In this document: positions 24,932 through 36,495 of the stretch, in pieces | Layout of the letters: every line of letters begins with the position of its first letter | Numbering within the stretch: the first letter of the stretch is position 1 | Assembly (NCBI GenBank): GCA_020184695.1 | Contig: JAANOX010000243.1 | Span: 620,001-684,000, forward strand | DNA length: 64,000 bases | Direction: 5' to 3' | Source: Histomonas meleagridis 2922-C6/04-290x | Lineage: Eukaryota > Protista > Parabasalia | Notes under the pieces: generated by a model | Databases searched by the model: none | Told to the model about the DNA's origin: nothing | What the model saw: the letters and a program-made list of their open reading frames with translations, nothing else | Made by a program: the position numbers and the translations under genes

Positions 24932-27016
24932 GTGAAGCTTAAAATCATCAATCTTAGAATAAAGAAGACAAAAATTCGAAATATAATACGATCAAAATGG
25001 ATTGAATTTAACATCCACAAATGCAAAAATCAGATGAAGGAAAACAAAATAATATCAGAACAATATAAGCAAATTTCACATGCTTTTGGTGCTAGTTCAC
25101 AAAAGAATAACGACACTGAAATTTCAAAAAAAATCCTTGAAATTTTACAAATTTCTAGAAACATTTTTATTACCACATTCTTACCCGAAATTATCAAATC
25201 TGATATCTCGTTTGAACAAATCTCAGACAGCTATAAAAAATCCAACCAAACATATCAAATTTTTGATTTAATTCGTGGTCCACAATATGTTCAATCTATC
25301 TCACATGGAATTGGTTATATTTATCAAAACCCATCTGAATTTGCGACATCTTTATATTCATATTTCAAAGAAGACAAAACATATCTCAATTTATTTGCAA
25401 ATCTAACATTTCCAACTCTTTATGGTTTTTTTATTACCGAAGAGTTGAATGACCTAGCAGTTCAGCTTCTCAATGAGCTTATTAATTTATATTGTTATGA
25501 TGATGAAGAATTTGTTACACCTTTTGTTGTTTCTTTTTTTAATAGTTGTAATATTTTTTCTTCTTTTTTTTGGGAAACATTTTTTTCATATGTTAAAAAA
25601 ATACATCCATGTAAGCCAACGCATTTTCAAATTTTTAATTACATCATGGGATCGCTCGAAAATTCCATCAAATATCTTCCTCCATTTCACATTTCACTTT
25701 CGATTACATTACTTTTTCAGAACCCGTCACTTTTCAGTATCTGCTTTTTTGAGAAGTTTATTCTGCGAACGTTTAATTCCTGGTTTAAATATTATCCTGA
25801 ATATCATTCATTTTTAAATCCATTTAGTATTAAAGAAGTTATTAATTTTATTAGTAATGATATTAAAACGAAACAAGAAAGGAGTTTATATTATCTAAAA
25901 ATCATGGAATTTTTTCAAAAACCAGAATCATATACATGTTGTGAATTAATATCATTTGCAGAACATAATCAATATAATAAAATTTCCATATTAATATCAC
26001 CACTTGAGACAAAATATCTATCAGAAATTTTATGTTTAATACCTAAATTATCAAAAGCGATTCATACATCAAAAGAATTTAAAGATCAAAAAGTTTTTGA
26101 TAATTTCTCTGCTGGTTGTCTTCATATATTTTTGCGAAACAGTTTAAAACGAAAAGCATTAAATATAAAAAGGCTTTTATTTCCAATAACAGAACCTCAA
26201 AAGGTTCAAGGAAATGAAGAACAACAACGAATATGGAAAAAGATACAACGAATTTGTTATGTGTATAATCTTGATCCGTTTTCATTATTAATTGATTCTA
26301 ATAACATTCGAAAGAATGATACGTTTTGGGAGCAAAAAGTTAAACGAAAAATCAGAAAATATTTTAATAATGAATTAGTAAACTTTGTAACATTAACAAT
26401 TAAAGATATAACAATAAAAACGCAAAATAATTTCGAAGATTTCTTATTACAGACGCAACTTTTAGATCATTTAAATGAACTCAAAAAAAGTCTTTTTTAT
26501 TATTATGAAATGGAACAAAATAATATACTTAATGATTCCAAATTTTATGGAACTTTATTTCATTATAATTTGTTTAATAAAAATATCCCTAAATTCGAAA
26601 TAGTTTGTGATGATGCAATTGATTTATTATCAATTAAAGATGCACAAAATAGTTTTAACTTAGCTCTTGATAAAAGAACGAAAAAATTTAATAAATTGGA
26701 TAATGATAATAGCATTAAAAATTCGATATTATTTCCGCTTTCAAAACTTGACGAAATTCCAATCGGTGAACAATTTCATATCATTTTAAATGTTTATTCG
26801 AAAATCGTCGGACTGTTCCAAGGAGATAATGAACTTTCACTTGGCTATTTAGGACATTTCATTATAAAAGCGGGGGTGAAAACATTGTTTTTTACATTGC
26901 AAACTATAAGCCTTTGTTTTTATAAGAGAAATAACTTATTCGAAATGTTAAGTAATGATCAAAAACATTGTTGGGAAGAAATATCATCATTCCTACAAAA
27001 TATTACATCTGAATAA
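24932..27016 (+). CDS. Hypothetical protein (probable start MKENKII near 25033)
   Basis: 694-codon ORF in very AT-rich DNA; no motif I can name. Confidence 0.65.
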   Translation: MKLKIINLRIKKTKIRNIIRSKWIEFNIHKCKNQMKENKIISEQYKQISHAFGASSQKNNDTEISKKILEILQISRNIFITTFLPEIIKSDISFEQISDSYKKSNQTYQIFDLIRGPQYVQSISHGIGYIYQNPSEFATSLYSYFKEDKTYLNLFANLTFPTLYGFFITEELNDLAVQLLNELINLYCYDDEEFVTPFVVSFFNSCNIFSSFFWETFFSYVKKIHPCKPTHFQIFNYIMGSLENSIKYLPPFHISLSITLLFQNPSLFSICFFEKFILRTFNSWFKYYPEYHSFLNPFSIKEVINFISNDIKTKQERSLYYLKIMEFFQKPESYTCCELISFAEHNQYNKISILISPLETKYLSEILCLIPKLSKAIHTSKEFKDQKVFDNFSAGCLHIFLRNSLKRKALNIKRLLFPITEPQKVQGNEEQQRIWKKIQRICYVYNLDPFSLLIDSNNIRKNDTFWEQKVKRKIRKYFNNELVNFVTLTIKDITIKTQNNFEDFLLQTQLLDHLNELKKSLFYYYEMEQNNILNDSKFYGTLFHYNLFNKNIPKFEIVCDDAIDLLSIKDAQNSFNLALDKRTKKFNKLDNDNSIKNSILFPLSKLDEIPIGEQFHIILNVYSKIVGLFQGDNELSLGYLGHFIIKAGVKTLFFTLQTISLCFYKRNNLFEMLSNDQKHCWEEISSFLQNITSE

Positions 27017-27414
27017 ATTTTTAATAAATATAAACTGTTTATTAACTAATATATAAAAATCTCCAAAAGAATTCATTAATAATAAAATTTTGGGAATTTT
27101 TTTATCAACAAAAAGATATCATTTTATTCAAGATGTCATCCATCGGTAAAATATTTTCTTATAATGAATTACGTTCTAAAAAAATAAACTCATTCAATTT
27201 TATCATAATTTTTAGAACTGTTTATTAACATTCAATAACTTTAGTGATAAGCTTGAGAGAGCTGTTATCACAACTTTTTGAACAAGTGTTGTGACGCATT
27301 TTTTCAATTTTTTTGTAATTTGAATTACTCCATCAATTTATGATCAAAAAAGTGAAATAAAGTAATTTCATCTTTATAAATGATTTTTATTTTATTGCTA
27401 TATCTCATTTAAAT

Positions 27415-27743
27415 ATAAAATATAAGGAGATCTATATATGGAAGCCCCGGTATTGATGAAGTTAATCTTGATTTACATGATGGATTCGAGATCTTGAACG
27501 CAATTTAACTATATCAAATCGTACCCATATCAAAGAAGCTTATTTCACAAGTTCAGTAATTAATAATGACGACTATCCGTGGCCAGGACATGCATACCGA
27601 AATACGTGTACATAAACGCTTAATGTCAATAATAAATATAAATCAGTAGAAGTCACACAAGAGAATCATATTGGCAACCAGCCGCTGCAAAACAATATTA
27701 TACACACAGGGAGAGATAGATCAGATGGAACGTGTCAAAGTTC
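27415..27743 (+). pseudogene. Inverted, truncated pseudogene copy of the 5' end of the M60-like gene (31533-31880)
   Basis: Aligns by eye to the M60 N-terminus (DEVNL..HDGFEIL..DYPWPGHAY..NTCT..QYY..EIDQMERVKV), with 1-nt deletions and an 18-nt deletion that creates a TAA. Confidence 0.9.
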
Positions 27744-27863
27744 TCTTTGTTCAGTTAATTCAAATGAAAAAAGTGAACAATGTATTCACAAATGTATTTG
27801 AGTGCGCACAGAACAACAAACAACGCATTGGCGAAGGTGATGTGCCTAATATTACTTCTTTAT

Positions 27864-30800
27864 TCATAGTGAGGGCGCGCTGTCGACGTCTATTTCCTTG
27901 TTCTTGCGCCTGATTACGAAAACAGTAACAACAACTGCGATGACAATAACTGCTACAACGGCAATCACAATGCCGGCAATGGCGCCTCCGTCCAATGAGC
28001 TGCCTTCGCCCTGTTCGGCGCTGCTGAAGTTGCTGCTCATTGTGTCGATCTGCGGCGTGGTGTAGAGAGTATACTCTGTATCATTCGTAGCAACAGCCGA
28101 CGAAACATCCGACGCAACTTCTGATGTTACATCTGTTTTTACTTCAGTGGCTTCTGTTACAACTTCTGATGTTACTTCTGGTGGCGGTGTGTAGTAAATA
28201 ACATATTCGACGTGGTTCGATGTCATTCCAGTGAAGATGTGTTCAATTAGTTCGACTTTGTTGTTTCGATATTGAGCATATAAATATAAATCAATTGGAA
28301 AGTCTTCTTGAAATTCTTTCGCTGTTTCGTTAATTTCATTAATATTATTAACATCATCAATATATGAATAATAAAATTTCGCTTCTTTCGTCGTATTTGT
28401 TCCAATTTCAATTCGGACTGAATATTGTTGGTGTTCGTAACTAAATGTATAATTCGGATCGGAATCTTCTGGTACAAATTCCTTTTGCTTATGAATATCT
28501 CCAAGTGTATACATATATGAACGCGTTGGATCTGTGAAATAATTGTATACAATTTCATCTTTAAGAAAACCAGATAATGTAATACTTCCTTTTGTTACAT
28601 AAACTCTAACTTCATGTGCTGTTGTCGTGTCAAGTAAATGATAAAATAATACTGAACGATATGCACGTGTCGAATATTTAAGTTTTCGTGAATCAATTTG
28701 TGGTGTAACTGATTGGTGAATTTCCCCAATTTTAATTCCATCCAAATAAACATCTGCATAACCAATGCCTTCATAATAATCCCCAATAATACCAAACGCT
28801 CGTTGGCCACTCGGAATTTGATATATAATTTCTTCACCTGGTTTACCAATATAAGCTTTGCCATTATAATAAGGACCTGCGCGTGTTTCAAGCCACTTCG
28901 ATGACTTCTTTATAACTTTAGTGTTAGTGATTGGAATAACCTTTTGTGTGTAAAACTGATATCCAACTTTAACTTCTCTAATCGAAGTACGTCCATCATT
29001 GTTATCTTTCCATTTCTTAGTATTATTATGGAATTTAAGTCTGAGATAGCGTCCTTGCGCTACTTTATCTAATCCCATTATTGGACTTGATGATTCATAG
29101 TAACCTCCCCAAACAATCGAAGATTCCAATTCTAAATTTTCTTCTATGTCTGATACACTAATTTCTAAATATCCATAAACATCAAAGTAACCTGTGTTTT
29201 GTGATACTTCTACATAAACTGAATCAAATTCATTTGTTTCGCCCATATCAATATCATATATGTGTGGAAATTGAGGAATTTGGCCATTCCAATAATTAGT
29301 TCTATATTCAGTTGTCGGATCATCATCAGTTATAGCTGAGTTAATAAGTTCTGTTGTCGTATCTACAATTTGACTACCTTGATTAGAAGTAGTGACACCA
29401 GTAAATACTGAACCAGCTTTCGGATAATTAATTACATTCCATTTTGATTGATCATTACTCAAAAATGAAACATCATCATAAAGATCCATTTCATAAATTT
29501 TTTCTTTCTGTGGAATATATTGTGTATAAAACAAATCTTCCTGTGGTATTTCTTCAGTAACAAACCATGGTTCCTTCATAACTTGTATACTACTATCACC
29601 TTCATAATAACTTAACCATCCAACTGATGAAGCATTGCATGTATACATAACAAATGCGACATTATATACTTCATTAGTATTCATTTGAATTGGAGAACTT
29701 TTATGTGAACTTCCCCATTGTTCTTCATTTTCACTTCTCCAGACGAAATCAATTGATGGATCATATGTTAAATTATCTTTCGAGATATAAAACTGTGCTT
29801 TTCCTTTGTTCTTAAGAACAAAATAATATGTTTCATTCTTAGGTGGACGAATTCTAAATCGAAGGACGTCAACTGTACCCTTTTCAGAATTTTTTGCAAT
29901 GTCTACATTTGTATCTGATAATGGCATAATTACATCTGGTTTTTTACCTACTGTTCTTTGATATGCTTCTTTAATAGTTAAGCCTGTGTCTAATCCAAAA
30001 TATCGATAGTTATAAACATTAGGGATATATTCTTTAAATTGACAAATACATCGAGTAATTTCATTTGTAGTTTTATCTTTATATGATACAATTACTTCTT
30101 CAACATCAGTAATATTAGTAAATGGTAATCTAATATAAACGCCATCTAATTGTTTAATCCAAAATGGTTTTCTATTTTCTTCAAATTCTGCACTAACATA
30201 TTCAAATTCACCAAAATGATCTGTTTTAATATAATGCATTGTTTCAATAAAATTAATTGTACGATTAATATTTGGTAAATAAAATGGTCGTTGTGTAATA
30301 AATCCTGTTGTATCATTAACAAGAAAACCTGAGCCATAAGCAGTAGTTACTGGATGAAATTCAGGAAGATCCATTTTCTTTAATTCTTCAAGTGCTACAT
30401 CAGTAAGTGTTTCATCATCAATTTTTTGATAATTATAATGATATTTCATATTCCTTCCAAATACTCTTGACGCACGAAGCATTTCAGAGCCTGCGATTCC
30501 ATAAGTTTTCCGTGAGTAATAACGTTCATTTTGTTCATCATCTATAAATTCTTTCATTTTGGCAATACCAAAATAATGTAACATAAGTGAATATAATCGA
30601 AGTCCATTTGCATTGTTATTTAAAACTGAAAATGAATTTGCATATGCAGCCCAACCACTTGCACCATCAGTAGTACGAGTTTTACTTGCTTCATTACTTT
30701 GTGCATATATAATTAAATTAATTACATTGTTTGTAACTTCAAGCCATCCATTATTATAATACGCTTTTCCCCATGAGTCTTGACGAAGATGATTCATTTC

Positions 30801-31925
30801 ATGGACAATCATCCATGGATCGCTCATTAGTGTATCAATCTTTAAAAAGGAATCAATGGTACCGATTGGGAAGAAACAATTGTTCTCAGCAACTATAGCC
30901 ACTGCTGAACCTGCTACAACAAATGTTTCTGATGTAAGTTGTGGTGAATTAATTGTACGTCCAAATTTTGGATTGTTTGAATAACTATCATGTGCTGACG
31001 TTTGAGCAATTTGATATGCACTACGTAACCATTCGCCACAATCATTGATTCGGACAATTGATCGATTTGAAGAATCTGTTTTATCAAAATTAATTGATGG
31101 TGGATATCCAACAATTTCAATATTACCAGTATAAAAATTAAAGACAGGACCTTTGAATAATGAAAGTGAATTATTCCATTCAGTATCAGAATGAACTCCA
31201 TATACAAAAAATGGATTAATGATTACACCAGTGATATTAATCTCAATCGGTTCAGTAGAACTGATATGGAAATACAAGTTTCCGCCATATGGACTGCCCA
31301 TTGTACATTTGGGTTTTGTAAGTATCATTCCTTCAAGAAGAATTTCGCTCAGACGCTGCTTATAGACTGGCTCACTTGCTGTATTGTTCCATATGGTTTC
31401 TGTGTGTTGGTTAAAATCGATTCTAACTTTTTTAGAAACGGCTCCTTCAGAAATTTCAATTGTCATGAGTTCACCAGGTGGTAAAAAGAATGGCGTTGTA
31501 TGACGTAAACGTTTTGGTGATAAAATAAAGCGAACTTTAACACGTTCCATCTGATCTATCTCTTCTTGTGTGGTATAATATTGTTTTGCAGCTGCTGGAT
31601 GCCAATATAATTCTTCTTGTGTAACATCTACTGACTTATATTTATTTTTGACATTAAGCGTTTCATTATATAAAAGATTCCATGTACACGTATTTTGGTA
31701 TGCATGTCCTGGCCATGGATAGTCATCATCCTCTATGACTGAGCTTGTAAAATGTGCCTCTTTGATATGAGTACGTTCAGGAATTTTCAAATTGCGTTCC
31801 AAGATCTCGAATCCATCATGAAACTCAAGATTAACTTCATCTGTTCCAGCGCTCCCATATACAGATCTCTCAAAATTCTCTGCCTTGATGAGAGATAGAA
31901 ATAACGCTAAAAGCATTTTTGACAT
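27864..31925 (-). CDS. M60-like/enhancin zinc metallopeptidase surface protein with PA14-like and CBM32/F5-8-like modules, Thr-rich stalk and TM helix
   Basis: HEMNH...WLEVTNN gluzincin motif; signal peptide MSKMLLALFLSLIKA; EVTSEVV repeats; TM GAIAGIVIAVVAVIVIAVVVTVFVI. Confidence 0.88.
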   Translation of the reverse strand: MSKMLLALFLSLIKAENFERSVYGSAGTDEVNLEFHDGFEILERNLKIPERTHIKEAHFTSSVIEDDDYPWPGHAYQNTCTWNLLYNETLNVKNKYKSVDVTQEELYWHPAAAKQYYTTQEEIDQMERVKVRFILSPKRLRHTTPFFLPPGELMTIEISEGAVSKKVRIDFNQHTETIWNNTASEPVYKQRLSEILLEGMILTKPKCTMGSPYGGNLYFHISSTEPIEINITGVIINPFFVYGVHSDTEWNNSLSLFKGPVFNFYTGNIEIVGYPPSINFDKTDSSNRSIVRINDCGEWLRSAYQIAQTSAHDSYSNNPKFGRTINSPQLTSETFVVAGSAVAIVAENNCFFPIGTIDSFLKIDTLMSDPWMIVHEMNHLRQDSWGKAYYNNGWLEVTNNVINLIIYAQSNEASKTRTTDGASGWAAYANSFSVLNNNANGLRLYSLMLHYFGIAKMKEFIDDEQNERYYSRKTYGIAGSEMLRASRVFGRNMKYHYNYQKIDDETLTDVALEELKKMDLPEFHPVTTAYGSGFLVNDTTGFITQRPFYLPNINRTINFIETMHYIKTDHFGEFEYVSAEFEENRKPFWIKQLDGVYIRLPFTNITDVEEVIVSYKDKTTNEITRCICQFKEYIPNVYNYRYFGLDTGLTIKEAYQRTVGKKPDVIMPLSDTNVDIAKNSEKGTVDVLRFRIRPPKNETYYFVLKNKGKAQFYISKDNLTYDPSIDFVWRSENEEQWGSSHKSSPIQMNTNEVYNVAFVMYTCNASSVGWLSYYEGDSSIQVMKEPWFVTEEIPQEDLFYTQYIPQKEKIYEMDLYDDVSFLSNDQSKWNVINYPKAGSVFTGVTTSNQGSQIVDTTTELINSAITDDDPTTEYRTNYWNGQIPQFPHIYDIDMGETNEFDSVYVEVSQNTGYFDVYGYLEISVSDIEENLELESSIVWGGYYESSSPIMGLDKVAQGRYLRLKFHNNTKKWKDNNDGRTSIREVKVGYQFYTQKVIPITNTKVIKKSSKWLETRAGPYYNGKAYIGKPGEEIIYQIPSGQRAFGIIGDYYEGIGYADVYLDGIKIGEIHQSVTPQIDSRKLKYSTRAYRSVLFYHLLDTTTAHEVRVYVTKGSITLSGFLKDEIVYNYFTDPTRSYMYTLGDIHKQKEFVPEDSDPNYTFSYEHQQYSVRIEIGTNTTKEAKFYYSYIDDVNNINEINETAKEFQEDFPIDLYLYAQYRNNKVELIEHIFTGMTSNHVEYVIYYTPPPEVTSEVVTEATEVKTDVTSEVASDVSSAVATNDTEYTLYTTPQIDTMSSNFSSAEQGEGSSLDGGAIAGIVIAVVAVIVIAVVVTVFVIRRKNKEIDVDSAPSL

Positions 31926-32833
31926 TTTGATTATTTTATTCCTCTCAAAATTGTTAACATATCGTCTTCCGATGATTTTACACGAATAATCATTCAATTA
32001 AGTGAACTAAAATCATTCATTAGCGCAAAATTCAATAGTGACAATAGAAAATTTTGAATTATAATTGGCCATTGCCGTTTGTGAAGCGTTATAAAGTTCA
32101 CATATAATTTTTCTGATATTTACGTTACATTGTTATCATCACCGAATTCTGTTAATTATATTTTTTATATGCTAAATAAGATATATTATTTTATCTAAAT
32201 GAAAATAAAAGATTTGTAAATTCATATAATCATTAATTTGTAGTCATAAAATTATTCGTGAATATTTATGTATCTCGTTCAAATTTTTTTCTACTTAATC
32301 TCATAATAATGTGCACCGATTTTATATAATGATAATAGGGAAAAATGCAGAAATAAGCTTTTTATTAAAGCTTTTCGTTTTCTCCTGATTTTTCCGACCA
32401 TCCTTTGATATACTTCTGTTTATACTACTAGTATATAATCAATTATAAACTCAAATACATTTGATTCTAAAACAATTGTGAATAATGGTGATAAATTTGA
32501 TAAGCAATAATTGAATGATGTTATCCATGGTCAACATGTATTATCATTTACGCATTCACATTCACATTTACCAAAGCTTCACTCTTCATTTCTCACTCTA
32601 ACTCTTATAGGCTCACTTTGCTTGACTCTAACTACATATCATCAATGACTTCATATGTTATAAGTCTTTGCATATTGCCGTATCTACAACTTCAGCACAC
32701 TACAGTCTATTGCATGTTTCGATCATTAGAATTCTTTGCTGCGGCGTTACAATAGCATCAACAACTTCACTGCCGCCCGGAGAATAATCACATTTGTTCA
32801 TGAACAGATTTCAGACATTTCTTTATTCATATT

Positions 32834-35800
32834 TTACAAAGGTTTCTGATTTTTAAATACCGGATCTATTTCACTTTCCACGTGATCCAACTCCTCTCTC
32901 ACGAGCTGCAATTCCTTCTGGAAGTCCTTCATCATTTTCTCTGCCAATACCACCAGGTCCTGATTCCTTCCAGTGTTATACAGTATACAGTTTTGTTCGA
33001 TTAATTTCACGTCGGAGAAGAACTTCGACAGCGAGTTATATTCCAAGTTATTTGCCTTTCTTTCGATGTCTTCGAAGCACATTGGGTTATGTACGATGTT
33101 ATAATAGTCTGGGACATCTTTCTTTAGCACCGGCTTCAAGAACACCCAATATTCATCCATAGGTCTATGTATCAATGTATTTAACAATTTCTTTAACATT
33201 TCATTAAATAGAACTAAAGGTGTTTGTCGACTAATTCTTCTTTTCGAAGGTTTCGAAGTTACTTCCATTAAATCATCGGAATCATTATCACTATTTCCAC
33301 CATTATTCTTATTATCGTTCATACTCTTCTTCTTTTTCGAATGTGTTTTACCACATCTAATCTCGAATAAATAAAATCGTTCAGAAGCTTCCAAAACAGT
33401 TTTTGTTATTTCAGGAGTTAAATGGAATGTTAAATTATTTCCACCAGTATCATTCACTATTGGTAATTGATGTTTCACAGTTAGATATGATTGTACTGGT
33501 GTTTTAGGTCCTCTCCCTCTTGAAGCTTGTTTAGTTCTTCTTAATTTATCGACTAATGACTTCCGTTGTAACTTTAATATATATTCTTCTAAATCTTCTG
33601 ATGTACTTGGAGCTTTTTGTCCTGGATCAGCATATACATTTGATGGCATTTTCATTAAACTTTCGATTTGATGTGGCGATCTTCTCCAATGGATATCAAC
33701 TTGTAAACCATCTTCTCTACTCCAAGATAATGTAATTAATTTAGCTATAGTTCGCATTGGACAATTAACAAATCCATATTTAGCCCAATCGATTTTTGTC
33801 GGATAAGTATATATGCCATAAGGTACTAATTGTGGTGGATCACCTTTGTTAACATTATTATAATTATTCGGCTTCGATTCAGTATTAGTTTGTAAACTAC
33901 TTTCATCAATTTCATCATCTTCATCTTGGTCATCTTCACGTACCATTTGTAATGCAATGTCATCCAAAATATTACCATCATCGAATTCATCCTTAGAGAT
34001 TGGATTATTACTACTTATGAATGCTAAATTATTATCAAATGTCGCTTGATATTGTTTCTTATATGCATCTAATGACGCTGCATAATCATTACGTGGGCCA
34101 CGTGAATAATTCTTAGTGATATCTGAAGTACTTCCATCTTGTTTCTGACGATTAGCTAATTGACGTAATAATGCTACTTGTTGCCATCGCGTTTTAGAGT
34201 CAATAATACTTGTGCTAACTCCTAAATGTGATAACTTATCACGTAACTCTCGACTTGTTAATGACCTTAGATCTGCTTCTGTTCCTGCTAATTGTCTCTT
34301 GCTTACTGTAGTGGTTTCTTTTCCATCAATTGATGGACCACTTTTGCCTCGTCGTGATTTACTACGGACAACTTGTTGCCCATCTTCTGTATGTTCGATT
34401 TGTACTGCATGACCTTGGAATGCTTTAGAAAAGTTATCAGTACGTGACCATGGAGTCTTCATTAATTCTAATTCGATCTTTTCCGCAACTTTCTTGGTGA
34501 GTTCGCCATGTAAATTTTGGATTTGTTGGAAGACGCGTTTAGAGCGTGTTAAGATATGGACGCCATTCTTACGAAGTTTCCATTGCCCAACTAACATTGA
34601 TTGATATTGACAGACCATTTCAGGAGTGATTTCTATCATTTGGAACTTTTGATCTAAGTTTATGTCTTTCCGTTCCCAAAAGCCATTACTTTGTTCGCGG
34701 TAAAATTTCGCAAATTCGCGTAATACTGTTCGTAACTTGGGCTCATTAACACCAGGGAAAAACTCGTTTTGGATCTGTGAAACTTGAATACGACGACGAC
34801 CTGGATATTGCTCAGTACCACGAAATATGTTAATTAAAATTGCTTTGATGAAATTCATATGGAAATCTTGTGTCTTTTTGGTGGCAGGCCTCATCACAAC
34901 TTGACGCGGCTCAATGAAGCCTGCACAATATATAGAGTTAAATGGGCGAATATAAAACTGTGCTTTCGAAATTGACTTAATCAATAAAAAATCAGTCGGC
35001 TCAATAACATGTTGTGCTATAGGGACACTATATAACAAACAATTAATGGAGGGTACTGGTTGGTTTTTTGGTATCTGGGCTATAAATGGAGCGGTTTGAT
35101 CTGGCTCAAGAATATGCATATTCTCATCTATAACTTTGGGCATATCTGAGGGTGTATTCTTATGCCAATACACAATTAAACGTGATGCCATACCTACATT
35201 CATAATAAAAGCTGGTGACTCAGATGTGTGTTCAACTATAATTATTCCACCACGACGACCACTTAAACTTTTAATGTCCTTAAGGAATGGTGATAATGCT
35301 GCTTCACCATTTTCTCCAATATCATATTCCATTTTGTACGTGACATTCACTTTGCGGTTGATGATCGGCTTCGCATTGAATTTCGGATGATGGAAATTCT
35401 CGAAATCCGTTAAATTCGGTTCGATAAGTGTCAAATTCAATGCTGGGTCAGAATGCCTTAAATTTAAGTCTAATCTTCCATCCTTTGCGACATATAGATC
35501 TGAATAATATTTGGGATTTTCAAAATTCATGTCATCCCATTGACATATACTATTTTTTTGGCCATTTTTCTGTTCATTAACTTCTGTGAATTTAAATCGT
35601 CGATCACTTTTGTCTAAAATTAATGGAATATTGCGACAATGATCAGAGCTAGGCATAAGACCCCATTTGGCCTTCCAAACAAAGCTATTTAGATACGTTT
35701 TAATAATTTGTTGTGAAGGTTGATTTGGACGAATTGGCTGTTGTGTTGGATGGGTAATCAAGTGTTGAGCTGTAACTTGATTACGAGCTATGCCTGCTTG

Positions 35801-36433
35801 AAGAATATTTTGGGAATAATTTATAGGAAATCGACTCATTAAATTTGCCGCTATTTGTGGATTACGTTGTGGTGGGTTGAAATATCTGGCATCATTCTCA
35901 TGGCGCTGTTGTTGGTTAGCTTGAATTTGATTTCGTTGAATTAAAAAGAATTGTTCATACTGAAGAGTATGATTTGAATCATCTGGAGCATTTTGATGTT
36001 GTTGTGCTTGAATTGGATATTGTGGTGTAATTGATCGTGGAATTCGTGGATCATAAGTTTGTTGAGGATGTTGAATTCTTTGTTGAACAGCTCGTTGTTG
36101 AACTTGTATGTTTCTAACTGGCATGGTAGTAAAGTTTCTTTGGTTAACAACAGAAAAACGAGGAAAATGAATATCATCAAAATTATTCATTGCTTTTTCT
36201 TCATTTATTGGATTTGGTGCTTCTTCTTCAACTTCAATTTTCTGTAGTTTTTGCTTATATGGAACAGGTAGAGTCTGTTGGTCTATATTTGTTTGGATTG
36301 AAGAATTTTTTCGACCACCATATCTTCTTCTACTTTGTTTTTTCCATTGATCAACCTTAAATTGGAAGTTTTCGGTCGTTGAATCTTGCTCTTCAGATGT
36401 TACTACAGAATACAAACTAAATTGTTTTTTCAT
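32834..36433 (-). CDS. TAF1: TFIID subunit 1 (TAF1)-like protein: DUF3591 core and C-terminal bromodomain
   Basis: IIVEHTSESPAFIMNVGMASRL, ITPEMVCQYQSMLVG, IELELMKTPWSRT; bromodomain FLKPVLKKDVPDYYNIVHNPM...NCILYN. Confidence 0.88.
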   Translation of the reverse strand: MKKQFSLYSVVTSEEQDSTTENFQFKVDQWKKQSRRRYGGRKNSSIQTNIDQQTLPVPYKQKLQKIEVEEEAPNPINEEKAMNNFDDIHFPRFSVVNQRNFTTMPVRNIQVQQRAVQQRIQHPQQTYDPRIPRSITPQYPIQAQQHQNAPDDSNHTLQYEQFFLIQRNQIQANQQQRHENDARYFNPPQRNPQIAANLMSRFPINYSQNILQAGIARNQVTAQHLITHPTQQPIRPNQPSQQIIKTYLNSFVWKAKWGLMPSSDHCRNIPLILDKSDRRFKFTEVNEQKNGQKNSICQWDDMNFENPKYYSDLYVAKDGRLDLNLRHSDPALNLTLIEPNLTDFENFHHPKFNAKPIINRKVNVTYKMEYDIGENGEAALSPFLKDIKSLSGRRGGIIIVEHTSESPAFIMNVGMASRLIVYWHKNTPSDMPKVIDENMHILEPDQTAPFIAQIPKNQPVPSINCLLYSVPIAQHVIEPTDFLLIKSISKAQFYIRPFNSIYCAGFIEPRQVVMRPATKKTQDFHMNFIKAILINIFRGTEQYPGRRRIQVSQIQNEFFPGVNEPKLRTVLREFAKFYREQSNGFWERKDINLDQKFQMIEITPEMVCQYQSMLVGQWKLRKNGVHILTRSKRVFQQIQNLHGELTKKVAEKIELELMKTPWSRTDNFSKAFQGHAVQIEHTEDGQQVVRSKSRRGKSGPSIDGKETTTVSKRQLAGTEADLRSLTSRELRDKLSHLGVSTSIIDSKTRWQQVALLRQLANRQKQDGSTSDITKNYSRGPRNDYAASLDAYKKQYQATFDNNLAFISSNNPISKDEFDDGNILDDIALQMVREDDQDEDDEIDESSLQTNTESKPNNYNNVNKGDPPQLVPYGIYTYPTKIDWAKYGFVNCPMRTIAKLITLSWSREDGLQVDIHWRRSPHQIESLMKMPSNVYADPGQKAPSTSEDLEEYILKLQRKSLVDKLRRTKQASRGRGPKTPVQSYLTVKHQLPIVNDTGGNNLTFHLTPEITKTVLEASERFYLFEIRCGKTHSKKKKSMNDNKNNGGNSDNDSDDLMEVTSKPSKRRISRQTPLVLFNEMLKKLLNTLIHRPMDEYWVFLKPVLKKDVPDYYNIVHNPMCFEDIERKANNLEYNSLSKFFSDVKLIEQNCILYNTGRNQDLVVLAEKMMKDFQKELQLVREELDHVESEIDPVFKNQKPL

Positions 36434-36495
36434 TTTTTGATTTTGAAGATTTGGAATTCAGCCACTGAAAACGGTTATCGATCGGTAATGATCAT

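Noticed and set aside
32500-32820. Degenerate coding-like sequence downstream of TAF1 (minus strand MNKCDYSPGGSEVVDA...)
   Set aside because: Multiple stops and no family recognised.
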